Both the position numbers and the translations under genes were made by a program. Source: Yuukianura sp. NJ FZ-2021 (lineage: Eukaryota). From it: a stretch of DNA of 64,000 nt. This document shows, one piece after another, positions 10,401 to 21,675 of the stretch. The stretch covers positions 5,828,001 through 5,892,000 of the forward strand of contig CM102285.1 in the NCBI GenBank assembly GCA_046563655.1, given 5' to 3'. The stretch's first letter is position 1; every line of letters begins with the position of its first letter. Below the pieces are notes generated by a model. That model made no database searches, was not told where the DNA came from, and saw only the letters and a list, made by a program, of their open reading frames with translations.

Positions 10401-12863
10401 ACAATCGGCTTGTACTGGCATCCAGCTTCTGACACTTTCGGGGTGAAAGTCGTCTCACCTCCACCATTTGTGACCACCACCAAAAGAGAAATCCTTTCTC
10501 ACGTCGCCCGAGTTTTCGATCCTCTCCAGTGGCTGGCTCCTGTCACCATCACCTCTAAAATTCTTCTTCAGGCCCTCTGGAAGGAGAAACTCGGCTGGGA
10601 CGACCCAATTCCCGAAAATTTCGCCAGAAAATGGAGGAAGTACTCTACGGAACTGGAACTTCTTCAAGATTTTCGGATTCCCCGCTGCCTCACTTTCACC
10701 TCGTTCACCAATTCGTCTGATGTGACCTTTGACCTCGTCGGATTCTGTGACGCTTCCAATGTCGCCTATGCTGCTTGCGTCTACCTCAGGTCAAAGTGTC
10801 AAGCTGAAAGTGACCCAGTCAAGGTCACACTCATCGCTGCGAAATCCAAAGTCGCTCCAGTTGGTGGTGAAACCACCCCTCGTCTTGAACTGTGTTCAGC
10901 AGTACTTCTCTGTCAGCTTGTGAACACAGTACACTCCGCCCTTACTCCAACCAAGATTCAAATTTCTTCAGTGAGCTGTTTCACCGATTCAACTGGCGCT
11001 CTGGGACAAATCTTTTCAAAGGAAAAACAGCCAGTGTTCGTCGCAAACAGAATTCGCAAAATCAAGCTCTCACCAGTCTCCATCCAGTGGTTCCATGTTC
11101 CTGGAGAAATCAATCCCGCGGATTCATGTTCCCGTGGAATTTCTCCGCTCAACTTTTTGCAAAATCTTCAGTGGCTGCAAGGACCACCTTTCCTTCTCAC
11201 TGAAGAGATTCCACCTCAACCGTATTCGGAGTCAGTGGCTACTTTCTCTACCTTCGTTGATCCGGGGAAAGCATTCGTCCACGACTGCCTCATCAATTTC
11301 ATCTCCAAAACCTCATCATTTTCAAAGATGAAGCGGCTCCTGGCCTACTGGGTTCGTTTTCAGAACAACCTCAGGAAGGGAAAACTGCCGATGTTTGGAC
11401 CGCTCACCTCTCAAGAACTCAAGATTTCTCAAATTTCTTTGGTGAAAACAATTCAACAACTCTCACTTTCGGCTGAAGTCGACCGTTGTTCCAGGATGAA
11501 GCAAGTCAAGTGCGAAATTCGCTTTCTCTCTCCGTTCGTTGACTCAGATGGAATCCTTCGTGTTGGTGGACGCATGCAGATGTCGGCACTCAACTTCGAC
11601 AATCGTCATCCGATTCTTCTGCCGAAATGCCACACCCGTCCATCTACTCCAGCAGAAAAAATCGCAAGTCACTTCGCACTCTGCGTCGCTCGTGACTTTC
11701 ATCTCCGAAATCTTCACGCCGCACCAAAATTGCTGCTTGCTCTCCTCCGTGCAGAATTTTGGATTCCAAGAGCTCAAAATTTGTGCAGCAGAGTCTTCCG
11801 TTCCTGCATCTTCTGCTTCAAACAGAATCCGCAGCCTGCTACACAAATCATGGCTCCTCTTCCGTCATCTCGCATTACCCCAGACTTTCCATTCATCAAA
11901 GTGGGACTGGACTACGCAGGCCCATTTGAAATCGCAGCCACTCCCGGACGCAAACCACGCCTCATCAAAGCTTATGTCTGCGTCTTCGTCTGTATGACCA
12001 CCAGGGCCATACATCTGGAATTTGCTGGTGGACTCTCTACTGAAGATTTCATTGCCGCTTTTCATCGCTTCTGCTCCATTCGGAATTACCCCTCAGACAT
12101 CTACTGCGACGGTGGGAAGAATTTCCTTGGAGCAAAGAATGAAATGGAAGCGCTCAAAACCCTACTCGCAAGTCCAGAACATCAAGCCAAAGTAGCCCTC
12201 TTCTTCACTGGAGAAAGTGTCAACTACCACTTCTCTCCACCTTACGGACCTCATCATGGCGGACTTTGGGAAGCTGCTGTGAAGAGCATGAAGCTCCACC
12301 TCTCCAGGGTCATCCAAGGTCACCACATCTCGATTGAAGAGTTCATCACACTTCTGGCTCGGACTGCTGCTGCTCTAAACTCTCGACCTTTGACCCCACT
12401 CTCCAACAATCCGGATGACTTCGAAGCAATCACTCCATTCCACTTTCTCTCGCTTCGCCCTCCGAAGTTCATTCCGGAAGTTGACGTCACCTCTCACAAA
12501 TCTCATCGCACTCGCTGGGAATTGGTGCAGCAGATGACTCAGCATCTCTACAAACGCTGGACTGCAGACTTTCTCCAATCTCTCCAGCAGCGCAACAAAT
12601 GGCTGGACCCGCAACCAAACATCGAAGTCGGAATGATGGTGCTCCTCCAGGACGTGGACCAGTCATTCAAACACCGACATTGGATTTTGGGCCGAATCGA
12701 CGCTGTCTTCCCTGGACCAGACGGAAAAGTCCGAACGTGCGACGTCCGAGTTCCAGTCCAAGGAGACGAGAAGTTCGCCACCAAGGTCTTCCGTCGCCCC
12801 ATCACTCGAGTTTCTCCACTTCCTCTTGATGAAGACGTCACCGAAGCCTTCATTTCACTGTAG
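7455..12863 (+). CDS. BEL/Pao Gag-Pol polyprotein (DUF1759-type gag, Cys/His knuckles, protease, RT, RNase H, integrase)
   Basis: PTFSGKYTEWQSF, three knuckles (CPKC..H...C, CINC..H....C, CQKC...HH), protease LDQGS, RT YLPHH/FNAS/SADI/FGVTSAPF/LVDN, RNase H FCDAS/PRLEL/FTDS, integrase DYAGP/CDGGKNF/GGLWEAAV. PR-RT-RH-IN order. Confidence 0.96.
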   Translation: MNMASSNSESPVSCSTAFFGLNQLRKKIVRFQTTLSPSVWKPTSIPELSVKEGKFTELKNELNFFQQHLQRIFGASEEDKDKSWIDVEDITNDCEDLFETIHLVLLSTRESLSPKNQSSVPRVDTNPNFESEFRLEKTKPPTFSGKYTEWQSFSDLFHVAVINNPKISGGLKLVYLKNSLVGDAASIASQFPSTNISFQDAWDLVEKRYYKKREIVFAHLQKLFSLPSVQDTTKGILTLIDTINSCLKNLELLEVNVDSWDVFVVYWAHLKLDPETRKQWLLNTDDELPQLTQFLSFLEKRADALNSRSTEKEKPKSSSASSAHHVTTPDPGNKKRCPKCDGSHKIYSCSKFLELTPHERTAFAKQKKLCINCLGSHSTRDCKSTIVCQKCSKPHHTQLHFESRSTPASTTSPSTSTSNSGQRSAQVESSSRPLHPDAFTTPPPQNVHIGSHHSSFPSPVSSDKTILMATLLVNVVDSSGDTQTCRVFLDQGSETNFVSESLVARLSLRRQKTCVTVTGIGGQGESVARGIVSLDLHSTVSNFSLSIKALILPKITGNLPRSSCQSQFHHLMGLSLADPTFHQPSSVDILLGAEATSQLLLPGLRVGPPGTPTAQHSRFGWFLTGSAPLSQVHTPSLHVTVCHSSCVVDEQCLDSSLRRFWDLEDPAPLSPQLSSVEQAVDDHFLKTFARDSDGRYEVSLPFINSGELGDSTSKAVSCFKSLEKQLNKDPVLKAAYHTQIKDYLSKNWVQKIPAAELSTPKIEVHSIDGEKMELRPFYLPHHVVVKPDNTTTKFRIVFNASSKTNTGLSLNSVLHPGPKIQTDLHPLLTRFRSHKIALSADIVKFYNQVKVNPSHCDFQRFLWRKEQTDPLLHLRFLRVTFGVTSAPFLAIRVLRQLGEDFKADFPLAHHSTQNDFLVDNLLSGASTLEEALEIKNQITSLLALGRFPLQKWASNHPEVVNSLSPGESENISLDIQLDESIKTIGLYWHPASDTFGVKVVSPPPFVTTTKREILSHVARVFDPLQWLAPVTITSKILLQALWKEKLGWDDPIPENFARKWRKYSTELELLQDFRIPRCLTFTSFTNSSDVTFDLVGFCDASNVAYAACVYLRSKCQAESDPVKVTLIAAKSKVAPVGGETTPRLELCSAVLLCQLVNTVHSALTPTKIQISSVSCFTDSTGALGQIFSKEKQPVFVANRIRKIKLSPVSIQWFHVPGEINPADSCSRGISPLNFLQNLQWLQGPPFLLTEEIPPQPYSESVATFSTFVDPGKAFVHDCLINFISKTSSFSKMKRLLAYWVRFQNNLRKGKLPMFGPLTSQELKISQISLVKTIQQLSLSAEVDRCSRMKQVKCEIRFLSPFVDSDGILRVGGRMQMSALNFDNRHPILLPKCHTRPSTPAEKIASHFALCVARDFHLRNLHAAPKLLLALLRAEFWIPRAQNLCSRVFRSCIFCFKQNPQPATQIMAPLPSSRITPDFPFIKVGLDYAGPFEIAATPGRKPRLIKAYVCVFVCMTTRAIHLEFAGGLSTEDFIAAFHRFCSIRNYPSDIYCDGGKNFLGAKNEMEALKTLLASPEHQAKVALFFTGESVNYHFSPPYGPHHGGLWEAAVKSMKLHLSRVIQGHHISIEEFITLLARTAAALNSRPLTPLSNNPDDFEAITPFHFLSLRPPKFIPEVDVTSHKSHRTRWELVQQMTQHLYKRWTADFLQSLQQRNKWLDPQPNIEVGMMVLLQDVDQSFKHRHWILGRIDAVFPGPDGKVRTCDVRVPVQGDEKFATKVFRRPITRVSPLPLDEDVTEAFISL

Positions 12864-13099
12864 ATTAGTTTTTCTTTTCAACTTAAAGTAAACCTAATTT
12901 ACACTCAAATTCTAAAATTTCTAAATTTAATTCTTCTAGAGTTAAGTTCAAATTCTAAATTCAGTTGTTCTAGATTTAGTTCTTCTAAATTTAGTTTCCG
13001 CGCATGTCAGATCTCTGAACATTCCATCTTCTCTTTTCAGCGTAAAATTCAAGTTTAGTTCTGGTTTTGGTGGATTTAAAATCCACCAAGGCCCCGGAA

Positions 13100-13497
13100 T
13101 GTTTAGAGAACTGACAGCGTCAGTTCTCTTAAAAGTAAGTCCCCCTCACCCCCTCTCTAATTCTCATTTTCAAACAAACCGAATTTGTTTCGTTTCTTTT
13201 TCTAATTGGAACTGCGCAGGCGTCAGAACATGTTTCAACATGTTCCTCAGCCTCGCAGCTCCTCTCCCTCTCCTTCATAAGTTAAGTTCAAGTACTTGGT
13301 ACAATCACAATTCTCACCTCTCTCGTAATTAATCAATTAATCAGTGATTAATTGATCCCTTCTCACTTTTGTTCATTCTCCCCTTTTATTAGTATAAATA
13401 AAAGGGTGCAAGCCCAGAAAAATTGGATTTCCGTCTTGGTTTCCGTTTTTCAGTTCTTTTTAAATTAAAACCTAAAACGTTGGTTCTTAAGCCAACA
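13100..13497 (+). repeat. BEL 3' LTR
   Basis: Direct repeat of 7007-7405. Confidence 0.97.
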
Positions 13498-13827
13498 CCG
13501 GCGAACCACTCGAAGTTGTCCATGAAACTCCAGACAGCGTATGCCTGTACGTTGCATCCGTCTAGAACAATTGCCTTGAGCATGTTGTTGATGTAGTCGC
13601 GCAGATGGGACACACGCTGTGGGTAATGCACTTCCTCACTCTTCTCACCACCCGCTCCATTCTCTATGAAGTTGAATTGTATTATTTTATTTATAACATT
13701 TTATTAGGTCACTTGCAACTGGAATTAGTTATGGGATTACCTGTGACGAAAACAACTGGGTTGCCATATGTGTTTTTGACCCAGTTCAGCGCCTTTCGAA
13801 ATCCCCCTAATCCAAAAATGCTTGAAA

Positions 13828-13913
13828 CTGTGCTGGCAATACTGGCAACTGCTGTAAATGTACTGGCAATACTAAGCAATGTATAATACTGGCAATACTA
13901 AGCAATACTAGCA
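13828..13913. repeat. Degenerate ~9-bp minisatellite (TACTGGCAA/TACTAAGCAA) in a GH1 intron
   Basis: Several tandem ACTGGCAAT-like units visible. Confidence 0.6.
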
Positions 13914-14970
13914 AAAACAGGAAAAAAGCAAAGCAAAAGGTTTAAAAGAGCGCTTGTTACGGAACAGTGCTTACATGGGACGACCTGTGAACCATGGATT
14001 GGCAGTTCCTTCCCAAGATGGATCCACGTATATGTAAATATCTTGGTTTCCAGTATACCCAGGAGTCGAATTCCTATCATACCGAACCAATTCTATCAAA
14101 CAACAGCATATGTTGTTTAGATTAGGCAGGCTAAATTAATTAATTTCGCTCTTACGCGTAGTGTAGTGGTTCACTCCCAGGAAGTCATAGGATCCTGAAA
14201 TATATTGATATAATATAATATATTGCATTATAAGTATATATTAATATAACATGTATAAAATATGTATCTTATTATATATTATTTACAAGTACCCCTGAGT
14301 ATTTTCTGCCACAGGGGCAGGGGGTTGAAGGTTGGCAGTCTTGACTGCGGCAGTCCCTCTGCCTTGCTCTTCCTGTCTACAAACTCCCGCATCACTTCTG
14401 GGTTGTCGCCAAAGGATAAGGGTGAGGCAATCCATCCAAACTGGAAAAAAACGAAAAAAAAATCAACATTTTGAAGAAAACTATCTTTTTCGAATTACTT
14501 TAGTTTTTATATACCTGGAATTAAAGTCCGCGTTCTGCTGCAGCGATGTCCCTCCTGTGTGTACTTCCTGGTTCGAGCCAGACGTAGTTAAGTGTGATTC
14601 CGCAGCGTCCTGCTTGTACCGGTTTGAACACTGCGTCGTACATTCTGTACGCAAATGCATGTGCTTTGAGCATTGTATGTGCGCAGCGCATGTGTATGGT
14701 TTGGTAGCGTCCTTAGTCCCCGGGGGGAATGTGCCAAGATCGTTGCTACCAGTACAGTGGATGACAGGTTCGTTGAAAGTGGCCCACGTTTTGACTCGGT
14801 CACCGAAAGTCTCGAAGGCAAAGAAAGCGTATTCCCCAAAGTACTGAACATGGTCGTCGTTCAACCAACCACCTAAGTTTTGCAGAGCGCTACATTAAAA
14901 AAAAACGAAAAAAAAAGTAAAGTTTTTGTGAAAAAAAAATTTTTGGTTTTGTTTTTTGAAAAATTGTACT

Positions 14971-15239
14971 AAAGGTTGCTAAACAAAAAAAAACTTTATA
15001 TACACCAGGTTTTTTTAACAAAAAAATATTGTCTATTTTTACACCAGGTTATCCAATAACTCCAGGGTTTTAAAATTTGTTTGAAATTGGTAAATCTACA
15101 TCTCTATGGTACTTTTTTGCATGTAATGTAAATAGGATTAAACTGGTAATAAAAGTTGTGTGAAGCAAGGTTTTTGAAAACCCTTGAGTAATTGGACAAC
15201 GTGTTGCAGGAAATACAGTTCGGTTGTCAAGGAACCTTG
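14971..15239. mobile_element. MITE of the CAAGGTT family (8-bp TSD) in a GH1 intron
   Basis: Ends AAAGGTTG...GGAACCTTG, flanks ATTGTACT/GTTGTACT, internal inverted CAGGTTRTCCAATWACT. Related to copies at 53762, 59557 and about 61370. Confidence 0.65.
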
Positions 15240-15587
15240 GTTGTACTAGAAGAAATTTTGGACGCAAACTCACTGGCAAGTCGAAGTGGTAGAGAGTCAC
15301 AACTGAAAAAACGTAGTTGAACCGATTATGGACAGGTTAGAATTTTTGATTTGGTAAAAGAACGGGCGTGTCATTCGTTGAATGCAAAAGGTTTGAAAGG
15401 AATTGGACCAAAAGTTTTGTTCCAATTTTTGTCGTTCCAATTTAGTTGATAATTTGACCCAACCTGTGTCGAACCAGTTGTTTTTGACACAATTTGTGGC
15501 TTGATACAATTGCTTTCGAACAAATTGCATTTAAAGAAAAGATAACGTGGTTGAATGTCGTGCTTTAGAAAGAGATCGATGAGGTTA

Positions 15588-15680
<93 letters not shown>

Positions 15681-16785
15681 CTAAGAAATTACATTTTTCG
15701 AAAAATACTCTTTTTTTGAAAATTTGAAATTGAAATTCAAAATTTGAAAATTACCCCCATTTTCTTGAGTAGTTTGAAATGCAAAGGGTATCTGTAATAG
15801 GAGTCGCAGGCAATGTCGCCCGTATTTCCGTCCACAACTGGACTAGGTTCTTGATGTACAAAAATGTACAAAATCGTCCCAAATACTCGGCCCGTCCCCT
15901 CAGCATTCCAACCACCTTAAAACATATTTAAAAATAAGTTTCAAAATTTTGAAACAATTTTAATAAAAGTCAAAAATTATAAAATTTGTTTATGATTTTT
16001 GTCTCTGGCGAAAGCTCTTTTGTGTTGAACTTTTACCTTCGACTTGATACGCAGACTGAAAATTCAAGAATCAAAAACACTTCAGTAAAAACATTCATTT
16101 TTTTTTAAATTAACTTCTTTCTTTGTAGTTTTTGAATTTTTTTTTTTGTTAAAAATTGAATTTTAATGTTACCGTTCCTGCCCCCCATTGGAATCTTGGT
16201 GGGAAAGTTCCTTTGAAAAACCTTCCATTGAATTGGTTGTAGTGTCGATACGATTCGTCGTGTCCCCCGACACCACGCATGCGCGAAAAACTCGCCTGGA
16301 CGCACAGGAACAACAGCAAACTGCGCATGTCTGTCATGTACGAGGTTTTGTCTGACGATATCTGCTTATGCTTACGACGTACGAATCCAACTGACGATAA
16401 TCCGTTTTCTAACGAACAACTTTGTTCTAAAATTCCTGACATGAGCCTTGTTCTAAAAAAACAGACAAGGTAAAACCCAGTTTTCTTCACAGTAGAAACA
16501 AAAACAGTTTTCTTCACCAGTTCAAAAAGAAAAGAAATTAAGCACAACCTGTCAAACCACAGTTTTTATAATGTGAACAATAGAGGTTGAACTTTGATTT
16601 GGATCAGAACCTAATTTTGGAGTAACTGAAAAAATGAACAGTCGCATTCATCTCTTTTCTTTTATTTAAAAAAAAGTTATTGAAATCTGAAACCATATTT
16701 CATAGCGTTTAGAATACTTTAAGTGGCTTATATATTATTTTTATACTAACATTTACATTTTGCTGTGTATTACAACATTGCATGT

Positions 16786-16982
16786 TCACTCCGTAGTGGT
16801 TTGATGTCTTTCGTAATGTTGTCTGAGCCTTTCCACTTTAGAACTGACAATTGTGTTACACGTAAGACACTTCTGCTTCAACATTCCGTCAACTGCCAGT
16901 TGCATGAATTTAGTCCAAACTGGATCTCTGGCTCTCCCGCATCTCCCGGCTTCTGGCCAGTTATTAGCTTCAAAATTTTCAT
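16786..16982 (-). CDS. BED zinc-finger terminal exon A
   Basis: TTGCAG acceptor; RDPVWTKF...KCLTC..VSSKVERLRQHYERH; stop. Confidence 0.75.
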
Positions 16983-19900
16983 CTGCAACAAAAAAAGTGT
17001 CAAAGTAAACCAATTTTTTTTTACAGTTCCAACTCGTTTGACAAAACTTTTCGAATCTGTTCCATATTTGTTTCAAATTTAATTTTTGAAGTTATTTTTC
17101 CCCCCGAATTAAAGTTTGTTTAAAATTTTTAATTCATGCGCTCCCTCGCACGCGGGGCTTTCACCAATGATAAAGGTGTAAAATGAATAAAACAGCAAAT
17201 AAATTCTAATTTTTCTATTACACTAAATTTATTACCAAATTTTTAGCAAACACAAAGTAATACACGGTACATACAGTACATAATTCACTTATGGAAGTGA
17301 AAAATTTAATTTTGTTTACACTTCACAGCAAAATTAGAATAGCATGTAGTGTAATATTTGTAAAACTTTACTGCATTACAAAATGATGGATTCATCGCTG
17401 CAACCGAAACGAAACCGTCATCTTACTCTGGAAGTGTTCCGGGATGAATATTTCTCAAATGGGACAACAAGTGAGAAGTAGGTCGAGTGGGTGGAAGTTG
17501 GTATCGTCTAAAAACAAAAATCATTACATATTTATACCAAATGTATATACACTTATTATATAAAAGTGAATGAAAACTAAGTTACTTGTCTGGACAGTAT
17601 TTGCAGGAAGCAAACACAGTTCCATCAATATTTTCTTCTCGGAAGTGTTCCCAAACTGGACTGCGTTTCTGCCAAACTCCTTGCTTTCGTCCTCCAGTGT
17701 TACCCAATCTTGAATCTGTTTCAATTGGAAATTCACAATTTGTCACTTTCAAAACTCCACAAATGTAACACAGATAATAAATAACCATCGAACAATTCAC
17801 CAACTCAAATCTCCGGCTAGAATAGAATCTCCACAAAATAGCCGAATAATGATCCCAGTATTTAGAAAAGAAAATTAATTTTATTAGCAGACATGCCAAA
17901 AACAGTATTACTAAAAACCCGCGAAGTACATACAACGTGTACTTTGGTATCATAAAGGACAATCATTCATCCCCGTCCATGAGGGTAATAAAAAAAATTC
18001 TGTTCAATTTGTGAAAAAAAAAACTTTTATTCTAAACTTCATTAATTTATAATAATATACAATACATTTTATAAAAACTGAAACATTTTGATGAAATATA
18101 CTACAAATAATATAATAAGTGAAGATGGTAAAAAAGGGTCGTGTTCAGTTAGTACTTTCCACAAATTCCGGGTGGTGTTTTTTTAAATGCCGCCGGAGCG
18201 GTGTTGTGCTTGCTTCTTTACCGATCTTGTGAACGCTATTACAAAAAAAATACCTTATTGAGGCCAAATTTCGAAACCACCGCTACGATTCTTTATTGTA
18301 GCTAACTTAAAATTAAAGTTAAACAAGTGAATGTACTTACAAGTCTGGACAAATGTTGCAAATGGCTGACCGTTCTTCCCCAACTTCGTTGAGATTGAAA
18401 TAGTACCAAACTGCACTGCTATGCCCACGACCCCGCTTCACTACGTTTTTGACTTCCGCTTTGCAATCTATTTTCCAAATTTGCTTAATTTAATTTTCAC
18501 ATTTTCAAAAAAATACTTACAAAAAAAAATCTGCACGACTCGCACACATCTCCGATTTTCGTGTTTTCTACTAAATACTCTGCGGTAAAAAAGTACCTAG
18601 GTATAAAAATTTGTGGAATGATAATTCAAGAAAGTTTATTTAGCCAAATTATTTTGTTACACAAAACCAAAGGAAAAATTGTCAAACATATTTAAGATAA
18701 GTATTCTGCAACTTCTCTGCCTCATATATTTCATATTCTGCGTCATGGTATCGCTGCAAGTGCCTCACCATGCCCTTAGATGAGGAGCCCCTTCCAGTAC
18801 CATGATAAACTTCAGCCATACAAAAGCATATTGCGTTCCTTGGATCCGATGCTTCCGTAAAAAATTTCCAAATAGGATTCTTAAGTCTCGCTTTCGCATT
18901 TCTTGAACCATCAACTGCAATTCAATCCAAAGACACGACACGTTGTTAAGAGTTCCCGCTTGATTTCATAGCGAACTTACTAAAAACGCTGGGCGTAAGC
19001 AGTAAAACGCAAAGTAAGTTTTTTATACCCCAGCAGTAACAATTTGCCAGACAATATTTACAATATATTTCCCATAGAATATATACATGAAATATTATGT
19101 ATTGTACCATATAGTGTATAGTGTATAATAAGTAATAGCTCTACATCCTACTCATTTACAACCGAAATCAGTAAATTCCCGATTCATCATCTTGAAAACT
19201 TATTAGTTTTAAGATGTTGCATCAATTGTCAAAAAAAGTGAGAAAAAACTCACATTGAAATATTGGAACGGTTCAACCAGACTTCGGTAGAGATTCAATC
19301 AATTGTTTCAGTCCTTGATTTCTCCTTATTAGTCTTTGACCCACAAATAAGTCTCATCACTTTTTCTTTCTCAGCAATGTAAACTTCATATTGAGCGGGA
19401 TGATAGCGCTGCAAATGCTTGACCATGTTGATGCAAGTAGATCCCCGCCCAATTCCACCACGAGAAACTCCCACAGAGCAAAAGCATGTTGTCCACTTGG
19501 GATCGTCGTGGCATTCCGTAAAGAAGTTCCAAATTGGATTTTTATTCTTCCTGGTTACCACATTTGGCGCCTCAACTGCAATTCAAAATCAAAAATACTG
19601 TTATCCTTTAGTTTCAAATCACTTCAATGTCATTTTCCAACGAATCATAATTGGATTTGGATCGCAACAATACTTTAATGTCGAAATTTCTCTGCCCCCC
19701 TCCCGCGATAGCACATAAAATCAGGAAGAATTACCTGTGGTCGCTTGATGTATGTCGTAGCTGTGGTAAATTTGTTGAAATGTGTCCTGAGCCGGCCAGC
19801 ATTAGCACTCACTTTATCACCACACAGTTGATACACTGTTAGCATTTTATACTAAGTTGATTCTGACAGTAATTTCTTCATAATTAGCTCAAACCGGGTC

Positions 19901-21675
19901 TTTCATGTAGACGATGCACTAAAGCCTACTTCTAAAGTTTACAAAAGTTCTGTTCATCACCTAATATACGTCGACAACTTAGTTGATGGAGGCGAAGGTA
20001 CTTAACCGCTAAACTAATCTTTAACCTAAATAGTACGCGGGGGTAGGGTGGGGCTACGCTTCAAACGAGTACGTCTGCCAAAATATGGACAGACAGACAA
20101 AGTCGCACGCTACGACTCGTACCCCCTGCTTCAGCTTAGATCCCGTATGGATCTGGATCGGTACTATTTCCAACATCCTACTGCAAGAAACGGGCTTGGT
20201 TTCAACTGGGATTAATTACACACCCAATTTCCGAAGTCACGTTTAACCATAAACGATTACTGTTTTTCTTAGATTCAAAGAAAACAGGACTTGTTCACTT
20301 ATTAGGTAAGATTGAAAGAGATATTGGTTACCTGTAGATGTTTCTGCAGCCGAACCACCAACCTCCGATTCCTTCTTCAGTGGGAATAAATCGACGGCGA
20401 AGTCAGCATGCTTATACCTGAGATGTCTGTGGAGAACTGTTATCCCATTTCCTTTCTTTACTTTCAAAATAGTTTGCACCCCGCCTTCATCGCAAAGTTT
20501 GCATAGTGCCGACTCCCCATTTTCCTCTCGCAAGTAGTATTTCCAGACCGGAGTTCTGGTAACAAGTTGGCCCGGTTTTGCTGGTTCCTCAGAATAGTAA
20601 TTCACAAACACCTTCCTTTCCATAGTGGAATCCTCAGTGTTCTCTTCTATTAAATGAATTATATGATTTAGATTTTGGAAGTTAGTTTTGCAGGTTTTGC
20701 ATCATTCCATCACTGTGTTAAAAAGTTGAGATACGGGTTAAGTTAACTCGTCGTATCTCAACTCCGTAAAACAGTGATGGAATCCAAATCCAAATCTAGA
20801 ACACAGATTCAGAATACCATTGTTATTCTCCCCATCAGCATCCCCAGCAGCTGTACCAGTGTCGCCTTCATCTCCAAAGGTATCAACTGGAATTGGATCC
20901 TCTTGTGGGCTAGCATTAGCATCAGAAGCAGATTCGGAATCAGATTCGCCTAAAAAAGAAAACGAACCGTTTATTACACGATGAGGAAGTGTTCAATATA
21001 GAAATTATCAAATCACGAAAACATAAATATCTAAGAAGGTAAGGTAATCTTACCATGTTCTCGATACCTAGATTTCACTTTCTTTTGACGATCCCTCCTT
21101 GCAGAGGCGCTGGAAGCTTTCCGCTTTGCGGATGATCCCTGTCTGGGTCCGGTACTCTTCAGCGGTTTCTCGGCAGTTTTGTCATCATGAGTACTCAAAT
21201 GGACGTCATTTTGCCCATCATCAGTAAACTTCAGACAGAGCCCAGTGGCAACCAGATCTGGAATGTTCTTCCAATGGGACAACACATTCTCATGAAGTGC
21301 CTGCTCTCGTTCTATCAGCTTCTTCTGAACCACGAACATTTCTGCAAGATTAAGGAATTAAGTCATATGGACTGCAATTCAAATAGCAACGTAATTATAA
21401 ACTGTGATATACTCACCATTCCTCGTTGATAAGATCTGCTGCATGATGCTCATTTTCATGTCAACTTCTGCTCGAAACTTCTTGAGTGCACTTTCGAGTT
21501 GGGACACTTTATCTTGCAATTTACCATCCTGTGTACTCCCGGAGCCGGAATCAGAAACATTCTCGTCGTTTCGTGTCTTGTCAAAACGATTCAAGGATCT
21601 CAAGCTCATCGTTCTCGAAATTAATGCTTCGTCGGAGACTTTCTTCAATCTGTTATTCGTCTTGTTCGTAAGCCC
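16786..21675 (-). CDS. Multi-exon gene: shared coiled-coil/basic/acidic 5' exons plus an array of alternative BED zinc-finger exons
   Basis: Shared exons ~21675-21417, 21341-21054 and 20949-20818 each end in a phase-1 GT donor. Six BED-finger exons downstream each begin at a phase-1 AG acceptor. Start codon not securely identified. Confidence 0.7.
17423..17715 (-). CDS. BED zinc-finger terminal exon B (small internal intron 17585-17508)
   Basis: RSPVWEHF...ASCKYC-KRYQLPPTRPTSHLLSHLRNIH; stop at 17423-17425. Confidence 0.78.
18145..18467 (-). CDS. BED zinc-finger terminal exon C (small internal intron)
   Basis: SSAVWYYF...AICNIC...STTPLRRHLKKHH; stop at 18145-18147. Confidence 0.78.
18682..18914 (-). 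CDS. BED zinc-finger terminal exon D
   Basis: KNPIWKFF...AICFC...SSSKGMVRHLQRYH; TGCAG acceptor; stop. Confidence 0.75.
19295..19575 (-). CDS. BED zinc-finger terminal exon E (paralog of D)
   Basis: KNPIWNFF...TTCFC...STCINMVKHLQRYH; TGCAG acceptor; stop. Confidence 0.75.
20243..20646 (-). CDS. BED zinc-finger exon F (terminal, or internal via a donor at 20332)
   Basis: TPVWKYY...ALCKLC...GITVLHRHLRYKH; phase-1 acceptor and a phase-1 donor ACAG/GTAACC. Confidence 0.78.

Larger units (their letters stand above)
7007..13497 (+). mobile_element. Full-length BEL/Pao LTR retrotransposon
   Basis: LTRs TG...CA at 7007-7405 and 13100-13497; the only difference I found is one C in a C-run. 5-bp TSD CCGGC at 7002-7006 and 13498-13502. 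One gag-pol ORF. Confidence 0.97.

Noticed and set aside
16786..20646. BED fingers as remnants of six hAT transposons
   Set aside because: No transposase body, TIRs or TSDs; uniform orientation and splice phase favour exons
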